Below are positions 48,928-60,689 of a stretch of DNA of 64,000 bases, piece after piece. A model generated the notes under the pieces. The model saw only the letters and a list, made by a program, of their open reading frames with translations, searched no databases and was not told the DNA's origin. The stretch's first letter is position 1, and each line of letters opens with the position of its first letter. The position numbers were made by a program, and so were the translations under genes. This DNA is from Mobula hypostoma (Eukaryota), in NCBI RefSeq assembly GCF_963921235.1, contig NC_086108.1, positions 62,684,001-62,748,000 on the forward strand, read 5' to 3'.

Positions 48928-51900
48928 TTGTCAACCTGAAGCAAAGAGTGAGTTTGTACATCTGGTGGGAACAAAGGATGTTGGGAATGGCAAGGGTGGA
49001 GCACCATGGGAGGGATGTGGGACGGTGGCGGATAAGGAGTGCCAGGAGTGGGGCGTGCGCAGGTGCAGTCAGCACCCAGCCCCAAGACATCAGGCAAGGT
49101 CATTTGATTCCAAACATTTACTGATCATTACAGAATTTCTCTCTGGTGCTTTCCACTCTCTCCTCTTTCCCTTCCCTTTTCCCAACCATGACACCCCTCT
49201 CCCTGCTCCCTTCCCACTCTCAGTCGATAATAGAGACCTATATCAGTATTTTAAACTACTTTGTTAGCTGGAAGTATCTTCCTGGTAGTGAGAGGGGACC
49301 TGCCACTCGAATAGCAAGTATTGGCAGCTAAACTTGCCGTGAAGCAAAGTAAACCACTCTTTGAAAATTGGGTAGTAACAGTATAATCTCCCTTTAATGA
49401 GAGTACTCATGGCTATTTTAATCTGATAGGGTTTAAGGTGTTTGTTTGAGTTTAGAACTTCAAAGTCAGCAAACCCAGTACCAACACATGACCTGCTGTG
49501 ATCCTCGAGTAGTTTTTGTGTTTGGAGCATTCATTATAAAATGTATTGAAGAAAGCGAGACGAGATAAGCAGAGGGAATGAAACATTATATATATTATTT
49601 ATATACTATATATGAAACATTATATACATATATATATATAAATAAACACTAACAATAATGAAATTCTGAAGAACTGAGATCCACATTAAGAATCACGTTG
49701 TTATTCTGATTTAAAAAAGACTCATATACACGAGTCCTAAACTTCTCTGCCTTGTTTAATAGGCAAATGCTGCAACTTAATGCGCATTAATGTAGTTTTC
49801 AATGCCAGCTCAGTGATAAATCACCATTTCCTTTCTTGTGGCAGGACAGACAAACAGTCAACAGCTTCTGGATTTCAGTGTTTAATTGTGCATGTGCAAA
49901 CTACAGAAGTTGCTGTTGGATTCATTCCATAATAATAATGCCAGCACCAACCACGGACTTACTGTTACGTAGTCATAAATGGAAACATAGAGTTTTACTT
50001 GTCATCAGTTTTGTATTTCAAACCATTGCTGTGCACCTCTATCAATCTACAGTATGTGGAATGGAGGGAGCTTCCAGTTAATCATGCAAACAATTACTCT
50101 TGTACTTCCAATGTGTGTTTACAAGTAGACACAAACTATAATTTCAATCAATATTTTTGAACAGATGATTCCCAAGTATATTAACAGCTGCTAGAGAAAA
50201 CAACTGAAAGTACTTTCAAAATTAAAGGTAGGGTGGGTTTTAAAAAAATTTCTAATGAAAACAAAGGAGCCAGTGACTCAGCAAAGTACCAGTTGCAACT
50301 ACTTGCAAGGACTCTGAAATATTTCCTTAAGCTATTTTTGCTGGAGAAAATCACCTGCCATACCCTACAATTAATCATCAACAACTCTGTTTAAAAAAAA
50401 TAACATAATGCATTTTTAAAAGATCTTTGTGTGTGTACACCTTTGTCTGCATTTCTGCCTCGTTCTGATTTGGCTAGATTTCATACCCTGTCACCTTCTG
50501 TTGATTTACAGTATCTAAATTCCTAAATCTCAGCCAATGAATTTTGTAGAAATTAAATGTTTCATGATCCTTTTCCCAAAAAATATGCTGTTGAGGTAAA
50601 AGATGAACTATGATATTGTGGTGCTCCAGGGGTGTGGTCGGTCAACAGCTCGCCCCAGCATTCCTAGCGGCCAACGCTACTTATTGTTCTTGTTTTAAAA
50701 TACAAGAACAATGGTTAGATGTTAAAATTCATTTATAGTTACATTTTAGCTCGGGTTATACAGATATTCACTTGTGTGTTTGTGGATCACGCTGACTGTG
50801 ACTGGGGTGTGTGATAATCACCTCTCCTCTCTGTACATGACTGGGTTGTTCTCACTGAGCGATGGCGCTCTGTCTGTTATTGTGCTTGTTGCAATAAAAC
50901 CAGCAGTTCAGATAAATGAGCTCTTCTCTTTGTCGTTATGGACTGAATGCTCACCACATTGGCGTCAGGAGTGGGACTAGAAACTGACGGCAAGATAGAA
51001 GAGCTTTGATGTCGGACTTAAGACTCAGGGAGTAAGTCAAGGGACCAACCCGTATGCTTTCCCCTCATCCTTGGGCTATGCTCCCAAAGACGGGACAACC
51101 ACCTGGAGACACAACTTAGGAACTGAACACTTTACCTTCCCAGGGAGTCCTGATGAGGCAAATGTACCCAAGCTCCCCAATCCGGTGGACACAGCGGAGC
51201 AAACCCAGGACAGACAACGCAACAGACACCACCAATGCTGCCTAGAAAGAGGGGGACCAATGGGCCCCAGCAATTTATGCCACAAGGTCCACCCTGAAGC
51301 TCCCCAGATACAATGGTATCAGCTGCCTGGAGCCTTACCTGGCACAAGTCAGACTTGCTGCATGGCACAACAGGTGGAACCTCAGCAAGACAGCAGTGCC
51401 CCTTGCCCTGGCACTAGAGGGAGATGCCCTGTGGGCCCTCCTCAACCTAACAACAGCTGAGCAGTGTACCTACAGGGCCCTCGAAGTCGCGCTGGAGTGG
51501 CGTTTTGGACAGAGGCCACTGGAGGAAACAATGAAGGAAGAACTTGGCAGCGGGCAGAACTGGGTGTGAGAAAGCCTGTGGGTGTTCACAGCAGGAATCC
51601 ACCACTGTGCGCCGCATGGCTGCCCCCAGTTCCCTCCCACAACTCAGGAAGAGCTTGCCCTTCATGCTTTTGTAAAAGCTCTGATGCTGGAGTGCCTCCA
51701 GCAGCACGTTCACCTGACATCACCATCATCACTGGCTGAGCTGCTGGCAGAGCCGGAGAGGGCAGAAGCAACTTTAGTCCCCCAGAGCATTCCAGTGTCA
51801 CCCTGCATGCCGCAAGGTCGAACCGGTGCCACGCCGGCCTGCCGCATGCCACAGAGCAGCCTTCAGGAAACGCCGAGCGGGTGGCACTGCCCAAGACCTC

Positions 51901-52290
51901 CAGCAGAATCCCTTCATTATCGCTTCTCCAGCTGGACCAGTTGTGTGAAGAGCAAGGCTTATACATGGACGGCGTGGTGACAACGGTGTCAACCAGCACC
52001 ATCATCTGTCTGGGTGGACAATGACAACGGTTCAGCTGGCTACGCTCTCCGGCGACTGTGCGGTGAAGAGAGGGAAGAGGTGGCTGCACATCACAGTGAG
52101 AGTAAAACACAGTGGAGCACGAGGTGTAGCTAGCGACATCCGGGACTCCTGCATCATTGGCCTGGACCTGCTGTCCCACTGGGAGGCACGAGTGGATGTG
52201 CCAGGGGCAACACTCTACCTTGGCGCTGAAGCTGTGGCTCTCTGACAGGGCACCTCTAGGTAGTGGACCAGCGAGGCACAGCAACAACAA

Positions 52291-52390
52291 CCACCAGTCT
52301 CACAGTAGTCCACCGGTCCCACAGTAGCCCACCGGTCCCACAGTAGTCCACCGGTCCCACAGTAGCCCACCGGTCCCACAGTAGCCCACC
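52291..52390. repeat. 19-bp minisatellite CACAGTAGYCCACCGGTCC (~5 units)
   Basis: Units start at 52301, 52320, 52339, 52358 and 52377 (partial). Confidence 0.95.
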
Positions 52391-53332
52391 ACAGTGCAGC
52401 ATGCCTCGCAGTGGTCTAACACAACACAGTGGAAGCAGGGCCAAGCAGCAGTGGTGCCACTTCAGGTGGTGACCAGTGGCAAGGTAGACCCCCCCCCACC
52501 GCACCAATGACCACCAGAGGGTGCGCAGTGAGCTGGAGAGTGATCCCGTGCTGGCTTGGGTGAGGGGATAGCTGAGCGGGGGATGATGGCCAGAGTGGGC
52601 AGAGGTCCACAGATGAAAACCTATACTCTCAGTGCTGCGTTACGGGTTGCTATTTCAGCAGTGGCAGTATTCCAACAGCGACAGACATCTCCTGGAGCTG
52701 GTGGTTCTCCGTACGGTGGTCTCTGCACCACAGTACTGGTGGGGGCTGGCCACTTTGGGGTCACAAAGACTTTGGGCAAGCTGCACAAACACGTCTATTG
52801 GCCTGGGTGTAGGCAGGGTTTGGAGCTGTTTGTGCACTGCTTTGATGCTTGCACCTCCCAGAAGGAGCCAGGCCACCAGTCTAAGGCGCCAATGCAGCAT
52901 TATGGGTTTACTGCCCCACCAGGAAGATGGGACTATCCCCCAGGCTTGGAATCCACTGGAATGGGCAGGAAGAGGTGCTCGTCTGCACATCCAATGTGGT
53001 ACACCGGGTGCGGCTGCCTAAGTGGCATAAGGCAGTTGTGCTGCACCAGAACCAGCTGGTAGTGTATCGTCCCCTGGTCACCACGAACCCAGCGAGGCTG
53101 AAGGAAGTAATGACACACTGGATGCCCTGTCTCTTGCCTCAGACAACGCCCCCACCCCACCCCAGCAACCCAGGCAGCGGCACTGACCACTATCAGAATT
53201 TTTGGACTTGGTTGTGGACCTTGGGGTTGCCAGAGTTAGCTGACCCCTCAGGTGGGGGCAGTGTGGTTCTCTGGGGGTGTGATCAACAACCTGCCCCAGC
53301 ATTCCTAGCGACCAGCTCTACTTATTTTACTT

Positions 53333-54134
53333 GCTTGAACAGAAGGAAGATATAAAGTTGCTGCAGGCCCTCTTAGCGGCAAGTAAGAAATCAATCACTA
53401 GAAAATGGCTAAATCCAATACCACCTACATTAGAAGATTGGTACGAAATTATCTTGGAAATATTTAAAATGGAAAAGTTGACCTACTCCCTGAGAACTCA
53501 AAAAGAAACATTTTATCAAATCTGGAATAAATGGATTGAATATATAACCCCAATGCGAGCAGACTTTAGATGACTCTCCTAATGATTTATATTGCTCTTC
53601 TCATCAACACAGTAATATTGCTAACGTAAGCACCCCTAGTCTAAATGTTTGTTGTTTTTTTTTGGAAAATAGAGAATTAACACAAGTAAAGGGAAAGATT
53701 TGGGAAAGGGATAAAAAAAAATGAAAAAATTAAGTAAATAAGTACATAGGGATTGGATAATTATGTCTGCGGGCAGGAACAAGCACGAACAAATTGGGAT
53801 ATAAACACCTACAATGGTTGGTATATAGGCTTGTATGCAACATTTTGGACCAGTGGAAATGGTCCAGAAGGGTTGTATGGAAACTATTATTACCATTTTT
53901 CTTAACAACTAATTTCATTACTTAGCCTAATAGGTTAGATTTACCACAGTACATAATTATCTATTTAAATGTTTATTTTGCTTTTATATCATCTCAATGT
54001 GTACTTAAGAATGTATAAATAATTGTAGTTTTATACATATAAAAAAATGGAAAAGGATATGTGTGAAAAAAGTACATGATAATTGTGAACTCCTTATCCA
54101 AATAAAAATAAAATTAAAAAAATAAAAAATAAAA
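53333..54134 (+). mobile_element. L1-clade LINE 3' end inserted in the Gypsy 3' LTR
   Basis: ORF 53331-53573 (AASKKSITRKWLNPIPPTLEDW..MEKLTYSL..FYQIWNKWIEY), AT-rich 3' UTR, A-rich tail ~54100-54134; the matching 5' LTR site reads TTTTAAAA. Confidence 0.9.
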
Positions 54135-54564
54135 TGCAAGAACAATGGTGAGATGTTCAAGTTCATCTATTGTTTCATTTTGCTGGGGTTATACAGTTGT
54201 TTCCTTGTGTGTTTGTGGGTTAGCCTGTCTGTAACCAGGGTGTGTAATAATCACCTCTACTGTCTGTATGTGACTGGGTTGGTTCTCACTAAGCAATGGC
54301 GCATTGTCTGTTATTGCGCTCATCACAATAAAACCAGCAACTGAGATAAATGAGCTCTTCTCTTTGTCATCATGGACCGGACGCTCGCCAAAATATTATT
54401 GAATGAAATTTAAGATGGCACAAGTGAATGAATCCCAGTGACTTCTAGCTGGTGACCAATGAAACAAAGAAAACAACTAAATGCTTTGTTTAATCACTCT
54501 TTTTTCTGGTAAACGATCATCACAAACAATAGTCTGTAACTTCCCTTTGGTCTTGGATGCAATC

Positions 54565-54992
54565 TGATGTGGCAGAGTCGAGGCGAGGCGAGGCAGCGGG
54601 TCCATTGCTAGGAGTGAGGAAGAACCAAGGCTTGATCGGTTTAAGCGCTGGGCTGAATCAGAAAGGTTGGGTACAGGCTGAATGGCTGAAATGAGGTGGC
54701 GAGGTGCAGGCCTCGAAGTGTATTGTTTGAGTTAAGCGTCTCGACGACCACTCGGCTCTGTGTTGAACTAAGGGTTTGTGGATGGACTCTCTTTGTGGAC
54801 TTCAGTTTGAATACTATTTGGTTGCTTTCATTTTTGCATTTTTTTCTGTACTTTGGGTATTTAGCAATCTTTTTTAATGGAATCCCTTAGTGTTTTTCCC
54901 TTTTGTGACTGCCTGTAAGGAGACAAATCTCAAGGTTGCATAATGTATACATACTTCGATAATAATGTTCTTTGAAATTTAAAAACTTTGAA
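54565..54992 (+). mobile_element. Non-autonomous retroposon with a Rex1/Babar-like tail
   Basis: GC-rich 5' part, T-rich middle, GACTGCCTGTAAGGAGACAAATCTCAAGGTTG..CATACTTCGATAATAA..CTTTGAA tail shared with 39681-39760. Confidence 0.55.
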
Positions 54993-55037
54993 TGATAGCG
55001 CTAACATAGCATGCCAGATATCCCAGTTTCTCTTTCA

Positions 55038-55345
55038 TGTGGCCAAGTGGTTAAGGCATTGGACTAGCGACCTGAAGGTCGTGAGTTCGAGCCCCAGCCA
55101 AGGCAACGTGTTGTGTCCTTGAGCAAGGCACTTGATCACATATTGCTCTGCGATTACACTGGTGCCAAGCTGTATGGGTCCTAATGCCCTTCCCTTGGAC
55201 AACATTGGTGTTGTGGAGAGGGGAGACTTGCAGCATGGGCAACTGCTGGTCTTCTATACAACCTTGCCCAGGCCTGCACCCTGGAGAGTGAAGACTTTCC
55301 AGGCGCAGATCCATGGTCTTGCAAGACTAACGGATGCCTTTACTC
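55038..55345 (+). mobile_element. tRNA-derived SINE with CORE-like domain
   Basis: A box TGGCCAAGTGG, B box GAGTTCGAGCC, GTGTCCTTGAGCAAGGCACTT core, tail CCATGGTCTTGCAAGACTAACGGATGCCTTTAC. Confidence 0.85.
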
Positions 55346-55514
55346 TTTCTAATGCTTTTATGTTCTTACATTACAGGAAACAATTTAATAAATTATTTTT
55401 CTCATTTTGTTTCATATGGAGCTCAGATTATTTGAGGGTATAATTGTTCAGTCTCTGCAGTGGAGACATTTGGACTCAATAAATGTCCAATGCCATGCCA
55501 CGCATCTTAAATAC

Positions 55515-55648
55515 AGAAACACAAGAGATACTTCAGATGCTAGAAATCCAGAGTAACACACAGAATATGCTGGAGGAACTCAGCAGGTCAGGTAGCATCT
55601 ATGGAGAGGAATAAACAGTTGACATTTTGAGCTGTGATCTTGCATCAA
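55515..55648 (-). mobile_element. Penelope terminal fragment
   Basis: CAGATGCTAGAAATCC..ATGCTGGAGGAACTCAGCAGGTCAGG. Confidence 0.75.
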
Positions 55649-56979
55649 AAGTATTTGTCTGAAATACAGCCCTGATTATTCTCTACCTTATTTGTGCAAG
55701 TAAGTTGGACTCCGACATGCAGTAGAAAACAGCAGGATTTTCTACTGAGCCAGAATCCTGATCTTTGCTACCCAGAAGAACACTGGGATTCTCAACAATA
55801 TGGCCTCTTTAGAGCAATAGTTTATCAGTTGCCTTTCTCTGGCTGATAGGGAAAACATTCCCATATTGGCATTTACCCTCACTGAAGTTTCAATGACGAC
55901 GCATTAACTTTTTAATCTTCTGCAGGAGCAAGAGCGGAATTACACGATAGTTCCCTTCAGATCAATGGAAGTTGTCCAGGGATTTTCAAATTAACTATGG
56001 TGTTGCACTGGTAAGTTCAGAATTTTCTTGTGATTTTGAGGTCTTTACTATGTCCCAAATCTTCTAAAATTTTCAGCAAAAGTGCCATTAAAAAACCTGG
56101 ACTAATGTTATTGGTTTGACTCTGTTTTAATTTGTAACTATTGCTCAGAACTCACTGCTGATTGATGTTTTCATGTTGTGCGCTTTCCTTCTTGCCTATG
56201 TTTCTATGGTATTTGTCACTATTCTGCAAATATGCAATTCGGAGCAATAACTTCACATTACAAGACTTTGCTTATTTAGGATGTCATAGAATCAAGATAC
56301 TGAACTCTATCAAGGGCAATGAAAATGTACTCAGTCAATATGTTTTATTAGATTGCTGGTCTGAGATGAATAACAAGTTCTACAAACTTTCAATGATAAG
56401 GAATTTATTTTAAAATCTCCCTGAGAGACTAGATTGTGTAACACAAGAGGTATGGATGGTGGTGAACCCAAGTGCACGACCCCGACCCAAGGGTGAAATC
56501 ACAAACAGTGGTACTAGAAATGGATTTCCAACTATTGAGCACTGAATGTGCAGCATGAGGCCTTTAAGTACAGACTTTCTATGAAGGAATGTGGCAGGCA
56601 ATAATTGGCAGTCTGAGTCTTAAAGGAACAGCTGCAACTAACCACTGGAGAACTGGAGTGCCAGACTTGGATGCCTGCTGCTGTTCAGTTGGGACCACGA
56701 CAGATTGGGCCTTGCTTCAGTATGAAAGCCAGCACACTTCCCTGCAGCTTAATTCTGCCAAAGCCTTTTAAACTCTTTTCAAATGACTGATAATCAGACA
56801 TCAAAATCAGAGTAAATTAATACAAATATTTTAAAAAGTGTGATTCAAAAGATCAATAAATAATAAAAATATGAAAAATTTAAAGAACTGTAAACCCCTA
56901 ATATGCACTTTTCTCTTCAGTATCAAAGCCAGTCAGAAGATTGGATTAGCTGCCTGCATACTGATCAGCTCTGATACAT

Positions 56980-57195
56980 CAAACAACTTTTTCACACTGA
57001 AGGTGATACATGTCTGGAATGAGCTTGCAGAAGAACTAGTAAAGGAGGGTATACTAATGTTTAAAACAGACTTGGACAGTTGTATGGATAAGAAACATTT
57101 AAAGAGAAAATGCTCAAATGTGGGCAAGTGTGATTAGCTTAAATAGGCATGGATGAGTTGGACAACAGGGGCTCTTTCTGTGTTTTATGACTGAC
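56980..57195 (+). mobile_element. CR1 3' fragment
   Basis: NFFTLKVIHVWNEL in ORF 56871-57137, followed by a CR1 3' UTR. Confidence 0.75.
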
Positions 57196-57199
57196 TTTT

Positions 57200-58190
57200 G
57201 CCCACATTAATTACTCATCCTTCTATGCCTTGCCTATTTAAGTGACTGTCCCAATGCCTCTTAACACAGTGACTCCACCACTGACAATGAGTTCCAGATA
57301 CCAACAACTTTTTGTATTGAAAATATTCTTTCCTCTCAAATAGTCTGTAGAGCCTCTGCCTCTCACATTAAATGTATGCTCTCTTGTTTTTAATACAACT
57401 ACTACTGGAAAAATATTTGATTATCTACTCTGATAATTTAGCCTTGTTCATTTAGGGAAAACAAGTTGAACCTATCCAATCTCTCCCCATTACTAAAGTC
57501 CTGCAATCAAGACAACATCCAGGTGAATGATCTCTGTAATTTCATCAGTGCAGTTACTGCCTTCTTATAATGTGGCTCCTAGAACTGCACACATCACCTA
57601 CACAAGTCTTACCTGTGTAGGTTTTCACAAATAAAATGGCAGAGGTGTTTCTGTTTAAGAAAAACCATAGCAACTCATTTATTGATACCAAAAACTGAAC
57701 GCAAAGCACGGTAAAAGTCCCTTACATAACTCCTCATCACTTCGGACCAGCCTCTTAAAGTGAACCCCAAGCCAAGGTGGTTGTGAATTCCGTATGTTTC
57801 CACCAATTACATTACTCTAAACCAGTATTTTGTAAAGTTGCAACATAATGTACAAGCACGAGAAAACCTGCAGGTGCTGGAAATCCAAGCAACGTACACA
57901 AAATGCTGGAGAAACTCAGAAGCCCAGGCAGCATCTATGGAAAAAAATAAACAGTCGACATTTCTGGTCTATACCCTTCATCAGGACAGCATTTTGTGAA
58001 TTGCAACATACTGCCCCTTCTTTCGTATTCTGTGCCCTGAACAATAAAGGCGAGTATGCTATATGACTTCTTCACCACCAATGTTTCCACATTTAGGGAA
58101 CAATGGGTTAGAATTCAAAAGTTTCCTCTGTTCATCTACATTCCTTTGCTGATATATTCTATCCCAATATGACTTCCCAAAATACAAACC
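57200..58190 (-). mobile_element. Old CR1 fragment containing an LTR-like insert (~57614-57811) and a Penelope tip (57848-57986)
   Basis: CR1 antisense motifs GAGTTCCAGATACCAACAAC, CCTATCCAATCTCTCC and AGAACTGCACAC; two discrete inserts. Confidence 0.65.
57951..57990 (-). ncRNA. Hammerhead ribozyme motif (Penelope), partly decayed
   Basis: Minus strand GTC-CTGATGA-A-GGGT ATAG ACCA-GAAAT-GTC-GACTG. Confidence 0.55.
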
Positions 58191-59535
58191 AGGTATAGTT
58201 CTACAGCAACCAAGGTTTTTAAAAATTGTCTGACTATATTATAGATTACATTTAATGCAATAAATCTATAATGAATTTCCACTTAATTTTAAAACATTAA
58301 CTCTGCAAAAGTTGGCATTGTAATAGACAACTCCTGTGGTCTGAACTTAGCTGACCACCATTGTTCCAAAACATAAAAATTTTCTGAGAAAATTTCGTGA
58401 ACATCCTGCGTCAAACACTTTACATTGCAGTGACAAAACCATGAGATAAGTGATTACTAATTTCACAGTCCACCAGATAAATCTGACACATACATTTTTT
58501 ACTGGTTGTGGAAACCTCATTTCAAAAAACCTCCGATACTTTGAACATCAACATTGAATAGTTGCTTTTCCTTCTGAAGTCTGTTAAAATATTTACATCT
58601 GAGTGAATATATCTATAAGATCTAAAGAAGTTACATTCATCCACCAGGTATCTACAAACATATATTACATAACAGTAAATTATTAGAAGGAATGTGTGAT
58701 CATCCCAGATCTATCTGCACATGTGGAAACCATCTTATTGTCTAATTGTAAAATGAGATTTGATAGTTTTAGTGGTTTAAGGATGCTTGTAGGTATTAGA
58801 ATAGTTATTAACCTTAAATTTGCTGGTGATATTTGTGGATGATCATGAAGCTGACATTCATATCAGATGTAGAATTAGGAAGGATACATTTTGTTTTGAT
58901 GTAGCCAAAAGTTATGAAGGTCGATTGTTCATACATCAAAAAAGTACAAACTGCAATACAATTAATCATTGAAAATGAACATTTAGTATTCAGGACAGAG
59001 CTGTACCGTATTCTGTTTGTGACTCATTTATAAAATGGATATAAATTGAAATGTTTTATTAGCGTCTTCTTTAACCTTATTCTGAAAGAGAATTGAGTGG
59101 CTGACATCCAGTTCTCATTGCAGTGGGAGACCTTGAATATATTAGCATTCTTGGACAACCAGACAGCAATAAAAACTTCACTTGAATGTCTATTACGTTG
59201 GACATTTAAAAGAACTGGAAATGGATTCCAACTCTGTTTAAAAAAGGTAAACATGATCATGAGGTGAACGCAGAACTGGACTGCCTTCTATGAAGAATGG
59301 CCAGGAAAAATTCGGTGTTTAAGGTCACATGAACAATGTTTATTTGGATGATTAAATGAGAGCATATTGAATAAACAGAGAAAGGACATGAGTAGCATTG
59401 AAATATAATTCATAATAGGAATCCATTTATCTGGATTTTCAAATAAAACTATGCAAATTGCAAATCCATCTTCTGCCTTTAAGAGCTTCCGCATCTGCAG
59501 ATGCTGCAAATCTTGAACAACATATACAACATATT

Positions 59536-60230
59536 CAAGAGGAGGAGGAGAAGACAGCGGTGCAACGCAGCGCGCGCGGCCTCTCCAGTAATGAATATCT
59601 GTAATTTGCCAAGTAGGATGCCGTGCACAATTCTGATTTGATGGAGGCAGATGTGAGAGCATGGAGGAACATCTGGTGAAATTTCTGAAATGCCTGCTTC
59701 ACTGCCGCCGCTACTGTGTGATCCGAAATCTCCAGAGGGGAAGGTCCCAAATCCTCGGCTTTGCCTGTTGCTTGACGGCCGGGGACAGGGTCGAAGCGCT
59801 CGGCAGAGATGGTGCTCAGTGCTCGGTGCTTGGTGTCGGAGGGCTGGTCGGAGGCTCGAAGTTTTCGGATGGACTCAGAATCGGACTGTGGTCGGGTGCT
59901 TCCAGGATGCTGAATCGGCAAGTTTGCTGCGCTAGAAGCTCATGGCAGGGAGAGTTTCTTCCTTCTACCGTCTGCGTGAGATGTTGGGGCTATCGGGACT
60001 TTGAGACTTTTTTTACCATGCCCATGGTCTGCTCTTTATCAAATTACGGTATTGCTTTGCACTGTTGTAACTATATGTTATAATTATGTGGTTTTTGTCA
60101 GTTTTAGTCTTGGTCTGTCTTGTGTTTCTGTGATATCCTACTAGAGGAACATTGCATCATTTTTTAATGAATGCATTTCTAAATGACAATAAGCGAGGAC
60201 TGAGTGTCCTCATAATCTAATCTAATCTAA
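59536..60230 (+). mobile_element. Non-autonomous ~0.69 kb retroposon, copy 2, inserted into a Penelope terminus (59493-59535 / 60231-60320)
   Basis: Same 5' start (CAAGAGGAGGAG) and (TCTAA)n tail as 28950-29624. Confidence 0.85.
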
Positions 60231-60689
60231 AGATGCTAGTGAAACCCAGCAGGTCAGGTAGTATCTATGGATGGGAATAAGTGGTCAACATTTGGGGGGT
60301 AAGACCCTTCAGAAGTCCTTATACAGTCTTGACATTAGATCCTTCATAAATGAGTGACTCACCCCTGAATGCCCAAAGCCTTTCCACCATTTACAGAGTA
60401 TATGTTAAGGCAGATGACAGATATCATATAATATGGATAAATGTGAAAATGTTTTATTGTGAAAAACAGAATGCAGATTATTATTTAGAAGGTGCTGATT
60501 GGCAAATATTAACACAGGGTCATGAAGGGTCCTAATGAAGGGTCTTGCCCCAAATCTTGACTGTTTATTTTCTTCCATTGATTCAGAATGATTTCCTGTG
60601 TTCCTTAAAACCAATGTGGTCCAATAGACTTTGGAACACTTGATTATTTTGCCACTGTTCTAGTGCAAGAAGACCGTAAGAAACAGAAG

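Larger units (their letters stand above)
50617..54392 (+). mobile_element. Gypsy/Ty3 LTR retrotransposon with both LTRs, non-autonomous
   Basis: 5' LTR 50617-50958; PBS TGGCGTCAGGAGTGGGAC 50960-50977 (tRNA-Leu-like); gag, protease (CIIGLDLL) and integrase zinc finger (GHFGVTKT..YWPG..C..C) remnants; PPT ~53250-53261; 3' LTR 53262-54392; TSD ATAT 50613-50616 / 54393-54396. Confidence 0.95.

Noticed and set aside
49576..49642. Duplicated ATGAAACATTATATA and (TA)n tract
   Set aside because: Ordinary AT-rich slippage with no further structure.
49959..50040. Minus-strand coding exon between ..ACTGTAG and GTAAGTC
   Set aside because: All three frames contain stops.
51586..52290. Longest ORF in the window (234 aa, minus strand) as a novel gene
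   Set aside because: Antisense shadow of GC-rich Gypsy gag/protease sequence; no recognisable domain.
52291..52390. Regular short repeats resembling a CRISPR array
   Set aside because: Head-to-tail 19-bp units with no unique spacers, inside a Gypsy element; no cas genes; eukaryotic context.
55038..55115. tRNA gene
   Set aside because: A/B boxes run directly into a SINE core and tail with no clean acceptor stem; same for 16380-16451 and 17385-17430.
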